Positions 18,112 to 28,273 of a DNA stretch of 48,087 bases are shown piece after piece. The notes below the pieces were generated by a model that saw only the letters and a list, made by a program, of their open reading frames with translations, did no database searches and was not told where the DNA came from. Source of the DNA: an uncultured bacterium (GTDB lineage: Bacteria; Cyanobacteriota; Vampirovibrionia; LMEP-6097); the NCBI GenBank assembly GCA_903930015.1, contig CAIYXB010000083.1, forward strand, positions 1 through 48,087, in the 5' to 3' direction. Numbering within the stretch: the stretch's first letter is position 1; each line of letters begins with the position of its first letter. The position numbers and the translations under genes were made by a program.

Positions 18112-19281
18112 ATGGTTGAAATTCAAGGCCAAAATCTAAACACACCTTTGCAAGTTTCTAAAAATTCAAAGGTGCAAAATCCAATTGAACTAGAGGCTAA
18201 TAATCCTAGTTCTGATTCAGCTCTTGATAAAAAATCATCTACAGAAGAACTAAGTTACGAACTTGCAAACAATCATAAGCAAGAAATAAAGGATGATAAA
18301 CCACAAGTAAATTTAGCTAAACATAAAAGTTCAAATGCAATACAAGAATTTTTTAAAAATGGTCCACAATGGTTCCAAAATTTTAGAAATTATTTTGTGA
18401 TGGGATTAAACACTATAGGTATTACACTAAACTCTGTTTCAGTAATTGCATCTAATTCCAATATTATGCCCAAGCCAGTTGCAGAGTATTTAGATAAAGC
18501 AGCAGAATGGTATTCTAGATATGTTATATCGCTTGGATTTGGTTGGAATGGAATTGAGTCACTTGTCGGAAAACGACCCATTGAGGCACTTGCCAGGTTT
18601 TTACCAGCAGCTGGATTTATGGCTCTTCCATTCTATAACTTCAATTTATCTACTGGTATAAGTAGTACGATGTCCTATATTTTTGATAAGGTTATTAGTC
18701 GTAATGGCGATAAACAGCCAGGTATAGGCTCTGCCATGGAAAATACTAAGGGGACTATCAAACATACACTTGATATTTTCAAAGACTTTTTCAATCCAAA
18801 ATCAAAAGAAACTCTTGTTGAAAAATTTGGAATTGCTGGACTTGGACTTGGGACACTTGGCGGCTTACTCTTTGCTTCACATGAAAGAGATTCTCTTGCT
18901 GCAAGATTCTTTGGTAACTTAAGAAACCTTGGCGGTCTTGTTGCTGATTATGAACTAGTATTTAACAAAGACACTACATGGCGAAGTGCACACAAAAGAA
19001 CTGTTGGCCTTACTTGCAGTACAGCAAGCATACTCAATATTATTGCTCGATGGGTGAATCCTGATGTTGGCAGAATCCTAAATCATTTATCAATAGCTGC
19101 AGATGATTTTGGACTAACTTATTGGGCGCAGATGTCCAAAAAAGATAATGATGAAGCTTCAGGTAGAAATGCCGATGAAATGCAAGAAAATTCAAAACTT
19201 AAGCTTCAAGAAATATTCTCAAAAATCCAAAATACAGATAAAACAACAAACAAAGACTTACATCTAGCGATTGCTGCTTAA
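18112..19281 (+). CDS. Hypothetical membrane protein with a ~90-aa polar N-terminal region
   Basis: 389 aa. Hydrophobic segments YFVMGLNTIGITLNSVSVIA, FLPAAGFMALPFY and FGIAGLGLGTLGGLLFA. No family recognised. Confidence 0.65.
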   Translation: MVEIQGQNLNTPLQVSKNSKVQNPIELEANNPSSDSALDKKSSTEELSYELANNHKQEIKDDKPQVNLAKHKSSNAIQEFFKNGPQWFQNFRNYFVMGLNTIGITLNSVSVIASNSNIMPKPVAEYLDKAAEWYSRYVISLGFGWNGIESLVGKRPIEALARFLPAAGFMALPFYNFNLSTGISSTMSYIFDKVISRNGDKQPGIGSAMENTKGTIKHTLDIFKDFFNPKSKETLVEKFGIAGLGLGTLGGLLFASHERDSLAARFFGNLRNLGGLVADYELVFNKDTTWRSAHKRTVGLTCSTASILNIIARWVNPDVGRILNHLSIAADDFGLTYWAQMSKKDNDEASGRNADEMQENSKLKLQEIFSKIQNTDKTTNKDLHLAIAA

Positions 19282-19336
19282 CTGGCTAGATCCGACTAAT
19301 TACAAAATCAGAGCTTGTTATAAAATATAGATAGCT

Positions 19337-21265
19337 TTGATTGAAATACAAGAACAACTGAAAAATTTATCAATTGACCCAGGTGTTTATATTTTTAAAA
19401 ACAATCTTGATCAAATTATTTATATCGGCAAAGCAAAAAGTTTAAGAAACAGGATTAAGTCTTATTGGAACGAATCTGCATGGAAAGACCGTCCAAAATT
19501 AAAAGTATTGGTTCCTCAAGTAAAAAAACTAGAGACAATAATAACCAAATCAGAGAAAGAAGCTTTAATACTAGAGTCAAACCTGGTTTTCAAACATCAA
19601 CCACGCTACAACGTCTTATTAAAAGCAAATGACAAACAATTTCCATGGCTTGTCATTACCTATGATGAAAGTTATCCTCGACTAATTCCAGTTCGAAAGG
19701 TTGATCAATTTAACAAGAAAGCTAAAAAAAATACACACAATAAATTCTTTGGTCCCTATACGAATGTAGGAGCAATGTATGAAAACCTAAGACTGGTAAA
19801 CGAACTTTTTCCGCTACGCAAAAGATATAAACCTCAATTCAAAGATAGACCCTGCCTTAATTATGATATCGGTCAATGCTTAGGACCTTGTCAGCAGAAA
19901 GTTTCCACCGAAGAATACGCCATCATGCTTGAACAAGTAGAAATGTTACTCAAAGGTAATTATCAAGACCTACAAAGAATACTTACAGTTGAGATGAATC
20001 GCTACAGCGAAAATCAAGAATATGAAAAAGCTGCAAAAGCTAGAGATAGAATCTACGCACTTGAAACTTTCAATGAAACTCAAAATGTCGTTTCTGAAGA
20101 TCATAATCTTGAGCAAGATGTTTTTGCAATGGTACATGATGATACACATAAAATAGGCTGCTTACAAATTTTCAAAACTCGTAAAGGCAAGCTTATTAAC
20201 AGGGACTCCGTGGAAATTGATCTTCATGAAGATTTTGATGATTCTGAAATTTTTAGTTCTGCTTTTGAACAGTACTATTCGCAAGTACCAGAATCTGAAA
20301 TACCAAAAGAAATACTACTTAGCCAAGAAATAGATTCTTATGAACTTTACGAAGAATGGCTCAGCGATAGAAAAAAAGCAAAAGTCAAAATTCAATACCC
20401 ACAAAGAGGTGACAAATATGCTCAAGTAAACTTAGCAGCACGAAATGCAAAAATTCTACTTGAAAAAATCAAACTTAACTTGATGGAAGATGCTTCCAAA
20501 AATATAAATATCGCTTTAGAAAATTTACAAAAAGAACTAGATCTATTTCAACCACCACAAAGGATCGAGTGCTACGATATTTCCCATATTCAGGGTTCAG
20601 CGACAGTTGCAAGTATGGTTTGTTTTATAGATGGCATGCCTGCTAAAGATCAATACAGGCGCTTTAAAATCTCTAAAGATCAAAATGATGATTTTGCTTC
20701 TATGAAAGAAGTTATCTCAAGAAGATTCAAAAAAGAATTAAAAGAAAATCTTCATACTGAAAGTATCACTGACTTTGATGATTACATTGCTGGATCAAGT
20801 GAAGATGAAGATCAAAGTCACCTAAGCAATGAACAAGATAGTTTACCTGATTTGGTTATTATTGATGGTGGCAAAGGACAGTTAAGCTCTGCAAAAGAAG
20901 TGATGAGGGAACTAGGATTTGATCATATAAAAACAATTGGGCTTGCAAAGAAAGAAGAAGAGATCTATCTTCCAAATGAATCCAAAGCTTTTATTTTAGA
21001 TAGAAAATCACCCGAATTATTCTTAATACAAAGAATTCGCAATGAAGCACATAGATTCGCTATCACTTATCATCGTAAAATTCGCTCTCAAAGATCTACA
21101 AAGAGCAAACTAGAAGACATACCTGGGCTTGGACCGAAGAAAAGAAAATTACTTATTGAAGCTTTTGGAACTATCACAAAAATACGAGAAGCTAGTATTG
21201 AAGAAATTTCTGCGCTAAAAGGCTTTAATCAAAGACTAGCTGAAACTATTAAAACTCATATTTAA
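19337..21265 (+). CDS. uvrC: Excinuclease ABC subunit C
   Basis: TTG start. GIY-YIG N-terminus (GVYIFKN..IIYIGKAKSLRNR), UvrBC-interaction region, RNase H-like endonuclease domain, C-terminal HhH (IPGLGPKKRKLLIEAFG). Confidence 0.9.
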   Translation: MIEIQEQLKNLSIDPGVYIFKNNLDQIIYIGKAKSLRNRIKSYWNESAWKDRPKLKVLVPQVKKLETIITKSEKEALILESNLVFKHQPRYNVLLKANDKQFPWLVITYDESYPRLIPVRKVDQFNKKAKKNTHNKFFGPYTNVGAMYENLRLVNELFPLRKRYKPQFKDRPCLNYDIGQCLGPCQQKVSTEEYAIMLEQVEMLLKGNYQDLQRILTVEMNRYSENQEYEKAAKARDRIYALETFNETQNVVSEDHNLEQDVFAMVHDDTHKIGCLQIFKTRKGKLINRDSVEIDLHEDFDDSEIFSSAFEQYYSQVPESEIPKEILLSQEIDSYELYEEWLSDRKKAKVKIQYPQRGDKYAQVNLAARNAKILLEKIKLNLMEDASKNINIALENLQKELDLFQPPQRIECYDISHIQGSATVASMVCFIDGMPAKDQYRRFKISKDQNDDFASMKEVISRRFKKELKENLHTESITDFDDYIAGSSEDEDQSHLSNEQDSLPDLVIIDGGKGQLSSAKEVMRELGFDHIKTIGLAKKEEEIYLPNESKAFILDRKSPELFLIQRIRNEAHRFAITYHRKIRSQRSTKSKLEDIPGLGPKKRKLLIEAFGTITKIREASIEEISALKGFNQRLAETIKTHI

Positions 21266-21296
21266 TCTGATCACTTTGTTAATAGAGTTGTTCAAA

Positions 21297-21438
21297 AAAA
21301 GTTTTCTTCAATTTGCAACAAACCTTTCGCATTCGGCGCTGCTGCTGTGGCAAGGTTTTTGTCGTTTTGCTTCGCAAAACATGTATGCAACGCCAATCCA
21401 ATATGCTTCAGGGTGTTGCAAATTTTTTGAAAACTTTT
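21297..21438 (+). repeat. Family-2 ~142-nt hairpin element, copy B
   Basis: TIRs aaaagttttcttcaatttgcaaca and tgttgcaaattttttgaaaactttt. The core is shared with copies A and C. It lies between the convergent uvrC and recA. Confidence 0.9.
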
Positions 21439-21550
21439 CTACTTTACAATATTTGAATTCCTTTGCCAAGCCTGCAGTGAAGGAACTGGGGCTACTCACA
21501 ACAATGACAGATACTTTCTTACTTACTATAAGGTAAAATGCAGACGTTTA

Positions 21551-21581
21551 AAAAAAGGACCCACTGAATCAGTGGGTCCTT
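21551..21581 (-). terminator. Rho-independent terminator of recA
   Basis: Stem aaggacccact/agtgggtcctt with loop gaatc. On the minus strand it is followed by tttttt. Confidence 0.8.
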
Positions 21582-21610
21582 GCAATCTGGGGAATATTTA
21601 GAAGACAAGA

Positions 21611-22750
21611 TTAAGCTACTTCTAGCGTTTCATCTTCTTCAATAGCTTCGAGGTGATCTTCATCAATCTCTTCATCCATACCAGCAAAATCTGCACTGTT
21701 GACACCAGTCGCAATATCGTTCCTTGATTGGATCTCAGCCTTCACTTTTGTTTCAATTTCTTCTAAAAGTTTAGTGTTAAGGCGTAGAGCTTCAAGTGAA
21801 TTATCTCTTCCCTGGGCAAGTTTTTCACCTTTGTAGCTATACCAAGCACCAGCTTTTTCTACAATATCCATCTCAACAGCAACATCAAAGATACAACCAA
21901 TAGTGTTAATTCCTTTTCCGAAAACAATATCAAATTCAGCTAATCTAAATGGAGGTGCTACTTTGTTTTTCACAACTTTTACTTTAACTCTATTACCAAT
22001 ACCTTCACCATCTTTCTTAATAGTCTCAACGCGACGAATATCTAATCTAACACTCGCATAGAATTTCAATGAATTACCACCTGTTGTAGTTTCTGGAGAT
22101 CCGAACATTACGCCAATCTTCATACGCAATTGGTTGATAAAGATTATTGTCGTACCTGTTTTTGCAGATATTGCAGTTAGCTTACGAAGCGCTTGTGACA
22201 TCAAACGAGCTTGCAGACCCATATGCGAGTCACCCATATCACCATCAATCTCAGCTTTTGGAACAAGAGCCGCAACCGAATCTATCACTACTACATCAAC
22301 TGCAGCTGATCTAACAAGATGTTCTACTATTTCTAAAGCTTGCTCACCAGTATCAGGTTGTGAGATAAGTAAATCATCAGTATTCACTCCAAGAGCTTTT
22401 GCATAAACTGGATCCATAGCATGCTCAGCATCTACTATCGCTGCGATACCGCCCATCTTTTGTGCTTGAGCACAGATGTTTAAAGCGAGTGTAGTTTTAC
22501 CAGAAGACTCAGGACCATAAATTTCTATAACTCTGCCTTTAGGAATACCTCCTACTCCAAGTGCTATATCAAGACTTAAAGCTCCAGTCGGAATAACCTC
22601 TAACTGAACTGGTGGCTTATCACCAAGTCTCATAACAGACCCCTTACCAAAACTTTTTTCAATTTGGGCTAGGGTTGTTCCTAGCGCTTTTAATTTATCC
22701 TCTTTATTTTTTAATTCTTTGTTCATTTCTTTATCCTTAGTTGTTGCCAT
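21611..22750 (-). CDS. recA: Recombinase RecA
   Basis: Walker [10 protein letters not shown], then [30 protein letters not shown] and the rest of the canonical RecA core. Acidic C-terminal tail. Confidence 0.95.
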   Translation of the reverse strand: MATTKDKEMNKELKNKEDKLKALGTTLAQIEKSFGKGSVMRLGDKPPVQLEVIPTGALSLDIALGVGGIPKGRVIEIYGPESSGKTTLALNICAQAQKMGGIAAIVDAEHAMDPVYAKALGVNTDDLLISQPDTGEQALEIVEHLVRSAAVDVVVIDSVAALVPKAEIDGDMGDSHMGLQARLMSQALRKLTAISAKTGTTIIFINQLRMKIGVMFGSPETTTGGNSLKFYASVRLDIRRVETIKKDGEGIGNRVKVKVVKNKVAPPFRLAEFDIVFGKGINTIGCIFDVAVEMDIVEKAGAWYSYKGEKLAQGRDNSLEALRLNTKLLEEIETKVKAEIQSRNDIATGVNSADFAGMDEEIDEDHLEAIEEDETLEVA

Positions 22751-22963
22751 TGCCCTATCCTTTTATTTTAAATTGCAAGTCTCGAATTAAACTTAAAAGC
22801 AGTAAAAACACTGTATTTTTAATCTAAATCAAGGTCTAAAACAAAGATTCAGGTATTAAGAATGCCTAGTTCAAAAGCCCTTATCTTTGTATGACCCTTA
22901 TATCCTTAAGATAGCACCCTCGCTTTGGTATGACAAGTGGAATTTAATTAAAAAATATTAATA

Positions 22964-24301
22964 TTAGAATCCTCTAAGCAAAGCCGCAGCAGCAACTTTT
23001 TCAAGTGCTATGTAATAGGCTGCTTGCCTAGATCCAATTTTCTTTTCTTCCATGACAGTAACTACTTCGTTAAAAGCTTTTACCATACGCTTATCTAGCT
23101 CAGCAACCAATCTTTCATGCTCCCAATAGTATTGTTGAAGATTTTGAGTCCATTCAAAGTAACTAACAATTACACCTCCAGCATTTGCAAGAATACTTGG
23201 AACAATAAAGACTCCCTTCTCAAATAATATTTCATTTGCTTCAGCAGTTGTTGGTGCATTAGCTGCCTCTATAACAAGCGTTGCGGGTGTTATTAGAGCA
23301 ACCTCTTTGGTAATAGCATGAGCAAGCGCTGCTGGTATCAAGACATCACAATCACAGACGAGTATTGAATCACGTGGAACTTCTGTTGCTCTACTATAAC
23401 CCTTAAAGGAATCAGAGACCTTCGATTCATAGAGTTTTAAATCTTCAATATCAATCCCTGAGCCATTATAAACAGCACCCATAGCATTACTAACTCCAAC
23501 TATTGTTGCGCCCAATTCTTCATGAATAATTTTAGCTGCATAATAACCTACATTACCAAAACCCTGAACCGCTACTTTAAGGTTTCTAACATCTTTGTTT
23601 CTATAACGACAATGCTCTCTTAACATGATAGCCACACCTCTTCCGGTAGCTTCTTCTCTTGCAGAGCAGCCTCCTAATTCCACTGGTTTACCTGTCACTA
23701 CCGCAAGTGGAGAAGTGCTTTGATGACTTTTAGCATACTCATCAAAAATCCAAGCCATAACTTGCTGATTAGTGTTAACGTCTGGCGCCGGAATATCTAT
23801 GTGAGGTCCAATATTATCCCCAAGATGAGATACGAGTGCTTTAGTAAGCCTGCGTAACTCGTGCTCTGAGAGGGTTTTAGGATCTATAGCCACACCACCT
23901 TTTGCACCTCCAAAAGGTATATCAACAAGTGCTGTTTTCCAAGTCATTAAATTTGCCATTGCCCTAACTTCTGCTAAGTCAACATTCTGATGATATCTAA
24001 TTCCACCTTTAAAAGGACCACGGGTATTATTATGCTGGACTCTATAAGCCTTCACTGGAAGTAAAGTTCCGTCATCTTTTCGTAGCGGAATCTCCATAGT
24101 AATTTCACGCTTACATGTATTCAAGTAAGAGAGCAAAGTATCATCGATTTTTTCGTTAGTATGAAGACCATGTTTGCGATTTAAAGCAAAACATGATTCT
24201 GCGTTATAACAAGTTTTACCATTTAGAGTATGCTCTGGAAAGTCTTCATTAAGCGTGCTCTTAGACACAGACTCTATACTTTCATTTATATTTTTAACCA
24301 T
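22964..24301 (-). CDS. gdhA: Glutamate dehydrogenase (Glu/Leu/Phe/Val dehydrogenase family)
   Basis: Catalytic region PFGGAKGG and Rossmann motif VQGFGNVG, 445 aa. Confidence 0.9.
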   Translation of the reverse strand: MVKNINESIESVSKSTLNEDFPEHTLNGKTCYNAESCFALNRKHGLHTNEKIDDTLLSYLNTCKREITMEIPLRKDDGTLLPVKAYRVQHNNTRGPFKGGIRYHQNVDLAEVRAMANLMTWKTALVDIPFGGAKGGVAIDPKTLSEHELRRLTKALVSHLGDNIGPHIDIPAPDVNTNQQVMAWIFDEYAKSHQSTSPLAVVTGKPVELGGCSAREEATGRGVAIMLREHCRYRNKDVRNLKVAVQGFGNVGYYAAKIIHEELGATIVGVSNAMGAVYNGSGIDIEDLKLYESKVSDSFKGYSRATEVPRDSILVCDCDVLIPAALAHAITKEVALITPATLVIEAANAPTTAEANEILFEKGVFIVPSILANAGGVIVSYFEWTQNLQQYYWEHERLVAELDKRMVKAFNEVVTVMEEKKIGSRQAAYYIALEKVAAAALLRGF

Positions 24302-24345
24302 TTAATTCTCCTTTAAAGCAACTTCATTGTTGATTCAACACCTAC

Positions 24346-24390
24346 ATTTTGACATTGTTTTGGAAAAAAGGACTATACTAATGTCAAAAT
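24346..24390. promoter_or_regulatory. Perfect 11-bp inverted repeat carrying TTGACA on both strands in the gdh / rluA-family divergent promoter region
   Basis: attttgacatt (24346-24356) and aatgtcaaaat (24380-24390). On the plus strand, TTGACA (24349-24354) is followed after 19 nt by TATACT (24374-24379), about 40 nt before the ATG at 24418. Confidence 0.4.
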
Positions 24391-24417
24391 TTAAGTAAGC
24401 CGTTATTATGTTGGTGG

Positions 24418-25287
24418 ATGAATCTACAGAAGTTTCTAAAAGAAAAATATCCAGATTTTTCAAGCAAAGAAATCAAAAGAGCTCTTGAGAATGGTGCTTG
24501 CACCGTTAATGGCAGAATTGAAATTTTTGCTACAAAAGAAATTGACCCAAGAAAAGACAAAATAACATTTAAGCCACAAAAATTTAAAGCACAAGAAAAA
24601 TTAGAAATAAAAAAAGATCATATAGTTTTTGAAGATGATGATCTCCTGATCTATAACAAAGAAGCTGGACATGCTTGCATGGCAACAGAAGGCAAGAAAG
24701 CTAATTTACACGAGGAATTAAAAAAACATTTCAAGCTCAGATTTTTAGAACCAGCACACAGGCTTGATAAAGACACAAGTGGATTAATTATATTTTGTAA
24801 AAAAGCAAACAGCCTGAAAAATATGATGCAAGCTTTTAAAGATAAGCATATAGAAAAAACCTATATCGCAGTCGTTGACGGGAATTGGTCTATTGCCGAA
24901 TCAGGCAGCATAGAAAACTATTTAGAATTAGAGTTTAAAAAACTTGGCATGCAAAAATGGAAAGTTGCAAAAATTAGAAAAGATCAAGCTGAAAAAAACA
25001 AACAAAGATTCAAATACTCAAAAACTTTGTACAAACTAATCAAAAAAACTAAAGATGCAAGCCTAATAGAGCTCAAACCCCAAACAGGACGCACTCACCA
25101 AATAAGAATTCACTTAAGCGAGCTTGGCTACCCAATACTGGGTGATAGCTTATATGCAAAAAACTTTAAGAATAAAAAACTATACTCAAGACACTTACTG
25201 CACGCATACCAGCTTAGCTTTAAACACCCCTTAACCAAGCAAACTCTTATGCTAACAGCAAAAGCACCAAATATATTTTCCTTATAA
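24418..25287 (+). CDS. RluA-family pseudouridine synthase with N-terminal S4-like domain
   Basis: HRLDKDTSGLIIF and GRTHQIRIHL motifs. Confidence 0.85.
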   Translation: MNLQKFLKEKYPDFSSKEIKRALENGACTVNGRIEIFATKEIDPRKDKITFKPQKFKAQEKLEIKKDHIVFEDDDLLIYNKEAGHACMATEGKKANLHEELKKHFKLRFLEPAHRLDKDTSGLIIFCKKANSLKNMMQAFKDKHIEKTYIAVVDGNWSIAESGSIENYLELEFKKLGMQKWKVAKIRKDQAEKNKQRFKYSKTLYKLIKKTKDASLIELKPQTGRTHQIRIHLSELGYPILGDSLYAKNFKNKKLYSRHLLHAYQLSFKHPLTKQTLMLTAKAPNIFSL

Positions 25288-25378
25288 CCGTTCTATTTAA
25301 ATTAATTAAGCTTTCTTGAGTAAAATCAAGGCATATAAGTTAAGGATACTAGGTTATTTGACCGAGAAAGGAAATGGG

Positions 25379-25864
25379 ATGGGAAGGGTTTTACTGAGGC
25401 TAATAATCTGTTTGATGATTTCTTTTGCCGGATTGCAAAAAGCTAGTGCTACAGCATTTCAACTCTTTACTCAGGTAACTGAATACCAATCTGAATTGAT
25501 TGGGGACTGGGAAGTAATATCCAAAGTAATTTGGTCAGATAGTCCATATGTGAAGAAGGGTACAAAATCTATCTCGACTTTGAAAATCACTGAAATCAAT
25601 GGAAGCCTATATCCTAAATGGGAATCTGGACCATGGAAGACGGTAAGAAATAAAGTTTTACACTTTACACCAAAAAAATCGCTTGAATGGGAAATCGAAA
25701 CTAAATTCGAAGAAGATCTTAATCACTATTGGTTTGTAAGAACAGTAAACAAATTTGATTTCTCACAAGATGGACAATTCAAAGGAAAAAGCTATCACAA
25801 AGAGTATCTTAATGGCGAAGAGGTAGGTTCATACATAACTGTTTCTTATTTACAAAGAAAATAA
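25379..25864 (+). CDS. Hypothetical secreted protein
   Basis: The ORF opens at 25316, but the ATG at 25379 gives a classic signal peptide (MGRVLLRLIICLMISFAGLQKASA). No family recognised. Confidence 0.6.
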   Translation: MGRVLLRLIICLMISFAGLQKASATAFQLFTQVTEYQSELIGDWEVISKVIWSDSPYVKKGTKSISTLKITEINGSLYPKWESGPWKTVRNKVLHFTPKKSLEWEIETKFEEDLNHYWFVRTVNKFDFSQDGQFKGKSYHKEYLNGEEVGSYITVSYLQRK

Positions 25865-25985
25865 TACTACAGTAAACCAATTAAAAATGTCATTGCTGTA
25901 AGGGTTACGTAATACGTTGACAGTTTAAGTAGTACTCATTAACTCTAATAGCTTTATCTCAATGAATTAAACGCGACAGCCCTGA

Positions 25986-26702
25986 CTACTTTTCTGCAAC
26001 TACTATGCCTATAGCACCAAGCATAATATTTTTATAGTAACTTCTTTTAAAACCAAAATCATACATGGCTTCAGACAAGGTCTTTTGAGAAGGCCAAGTA
26101 TTTAAAGAGTCTATCAAATACTGGTAAGCATCTTTATCCTTAGCAAAACTTGCACCAAGCGTTGGCACCATCTTTAAAAAAACCTTCTTATAAAGCCAGT
26201 CAATGAAAGGGATAGAAGGATGCCCCAAGTCCAGACAAGCAAAGTAGCCTCCAGGTTTCAAGACTCTATAAATTTCAGCAAGACACTTGTCTGCGTCTTT
26301 TACGTTTCTAAGTCCAAAGCTTATAGTAACGGCATCAAAATGCTCATGAGGATAATAAAGCTCGAGTGCGTCTGCTTCAAGCATCTTTAATTTTGGTGGA
26401 TCGCCTTGATATTTTTTTTTGAGTTTTTTATATCCAGACGCGAGCATTGGCGCACAAGTATCTATCGCAATAATTTCAGAGACACGAGAATCAGCAATCC
26501 ACAGATCAGCAATATCACCAGTGCCAGTACATAAATCTAAAATTCTAGTATTTGTTTTATCCCTAAGTGCTTGTGCAGCATGCTCAACAAGAGTTTTTTT
26601 CCATGAGCGATGTAGAGATCCAGTCATCACATCATTAATCAGATCGTATTTTTCTGCGATACGTGTAAATAAGTTATGAATGTAGCTTTCTTTATCTTGC
26701 AC
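25986..26702 (-). CDS. ubiE: Demethylmenaquinone / ubiquinone-type C-methyltransferase (UbiE/MenG)
   Basis: N-terminal FTRIAEKYDLINDVMTGSLHRSWKK and SAM-binding motif LDLCTGTGD. Confidence 0.9.
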   Translation of the reverse strand: MQDKESYIHNLFTRIAEKYDLINDVMTGSLHRSWKKTLVEHAAQALRDKTNTRILDLCTGTGDIADLWIADSRVSEIIAIDTCAPMLASGYKKLKKKYQGDPPKLKMLEADALELYYPHEHFDAVTISFGLRNVKDADKCLAEIYRVLKPGGYFACLDLGHPSIPFIDWLYKKVFLKMVPTLGASFAKDKDAYQYLIDSLNTWPSQKTLSEAMYDFGFKRSYYKNIMLGAIGIVVAEK

Positions 26703-26741
26703 AAATAGTATTTTACAAGAGATTTGCCAATAGCAAGTCCA

Positions 26742-28037
26742 CTATGCTGCAAGTGCAGGTATATTGGTAGTATTGATCAGTTGAAGCTGTTTATGAGAAT
26801 AATCTGGTTTGCTAAAGCTAGCTTCGCCAGATTCAATTCCTTTTGGTTCTTGTTTTAATAATTGTTCAATATTTGCAATTGGGAAAACTGATTCTTTTTG
26901 GTTTTCTTGCATATCGAAATGGTTTCCATCACGTATCAAACAAAAACGAGATTTTGGTAAAATTTGGTCTCCATTTTCATGAAGTAAAAGGATCAACTCA
27001 ATTAGATTCTTTGATCTATTAAAAGAAACAAAAGGATCTTTTTGTCCGTGGATAACATTTATATTTTGCAGTCTATATTCTGGTGGTCTGTTTTTATTTA
27101 GTTCTAGCACTTTATACAAAGAGTCAAGAGTATCCCAATTAGGTCCAAACACTGTTCTTGCAACTTGCTCAGCTCGTTCTTGATTTTTGTCTACAAATTC
27201 AGTCACACCGTCTTGGTAAGAAACTGCTTGTTTCATTTTCTTCCAACCCTCATCATCATGATGAAAATCATTTATCAAACTAGAGACTTTATCCCAAGGA
27301 GAAATTAAAAGTAGATCTTTGACTTTGACTTTAAATTCTCCAGATTTATCCTCTTCTTCAAATATTTTAGCTAAAGCATTTACTTGAAGTGCTGTACCCA
27401 TAGAATGAGATATTAATGCCAGTGGCTTTCCACTAGCGAGATTCGAGGCTTCTTTGATTGAGTGTTTCACATCAGAAATCAAATTTAATTCATTTAATTT
27501 CTGGTTCTTGTTTGCTCCAAAACCTACTAAATCACCAACTACAACTTTATAATCGAGATCAATCAATTTTTTAGCTAATCTTCCCATATTTGCACCAGTA
27601 GTCTTAACACCATGAGTGAGCACTGCAACTGGACTTGCTTTAGAACTTAGACTATCTTTTCTCTGAATAAAATACTTCTTACTGATAGGTGCAAGAGATG
27701 TTGAGTGATCTTTTATATCTAAGGGAGTAATGTCATAAGCCTTAAATTGATTTGGATCAAAAGCTGGAACAGATTCATCAGTCAAAAATAATTTAAATAA
27801 AGAACTATGAAATAAATTTCCATATATTTTTGAACTAAACTGTTTTAAATTAGAAATTATTCCTTCATTCCAAGTTAACTTATTTTCGTGTAATAATTTC
27901 AGAACTTTAGAATCTCTTTGAGATTGTTTTTTAATATTTGACTGGTCAGCAAAATACTTACCAATAATTGGCAGGTATGATAATAGCCATTTAATATTCA
28001 TTGTAAGTGAATTAAGCACAACAACTAACCCTTTCAA
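26742..28037 (-). CDS. Alpha/beta hydrolase with a ~130-aa N-terminal extension
   Basis: Nucleophile elbow SHSMG. Candidate acid GQKDPF and His DGNHFD in the canonical order. Confidence 0.6.
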   Translation of the reverse strand: MKGLVVVLNSLTMNIKWLLSYLPIIGKYFADQSNIKKQSQRDSKVLKLLHENKLTWNEGIISNLKQFSSKIYGNLFHSSLFKLFLTDESVPAFDPNQFKAYDITPLDIKDHSTSLAPISKKYFIQRKDSLSSKASPVAVLTHGVKTTGANMGRLAKKLIDLDYKVVVGDLVGFGANKNQKLNELNLISDVKHSIKEASNLASGKPLALISHSMGTALQVNALAKIFEEEDKSGEFKVKVKDLLLISPWDKVSSLINDFHHDDEGWKKMKQAVSYQDGVTEFVDKNQERAEQVARTVFGPNWDTLDSLYKVLELNKNRPPEYRLQNINVIHGQKDPFVSFNRSKNLIELILLLHENGDQILPKSRFCLIRDGNHFDMQENQKESVFPIANIEQLLKQEPKGIESGEASFSKPDYSHKQLQLINTTNIPALAA

Positions 28038-28273
28038 GGCGAAATCTCAGATTAAGAATATACATATTATAGTACTCTTAGATCCAAAAAGTCAAGCTAA
28101 TATTAACAATCCTTAATTTTAGTTCTCTATAAAACAACCGATATGATGAATAACAACACCTATATTAAACAATATTAATCCCAAGAGGTTATTATCTAGA
28201 TCTGGCAGTGTATATATCTCATACTGGGTTCTCAAATTTTATAAATACTTTGGGGCAAGTACGGGGGTTTAAT

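Noticed and set aside
28114-28143. Sigma-28 (FliA) promoter upstream of flagellin
   Set aside because: Only a partial -10 match (ccgata) is present. There is no TAAA -35 element at the required ~15-nt spacing. This is too weak to annotate.
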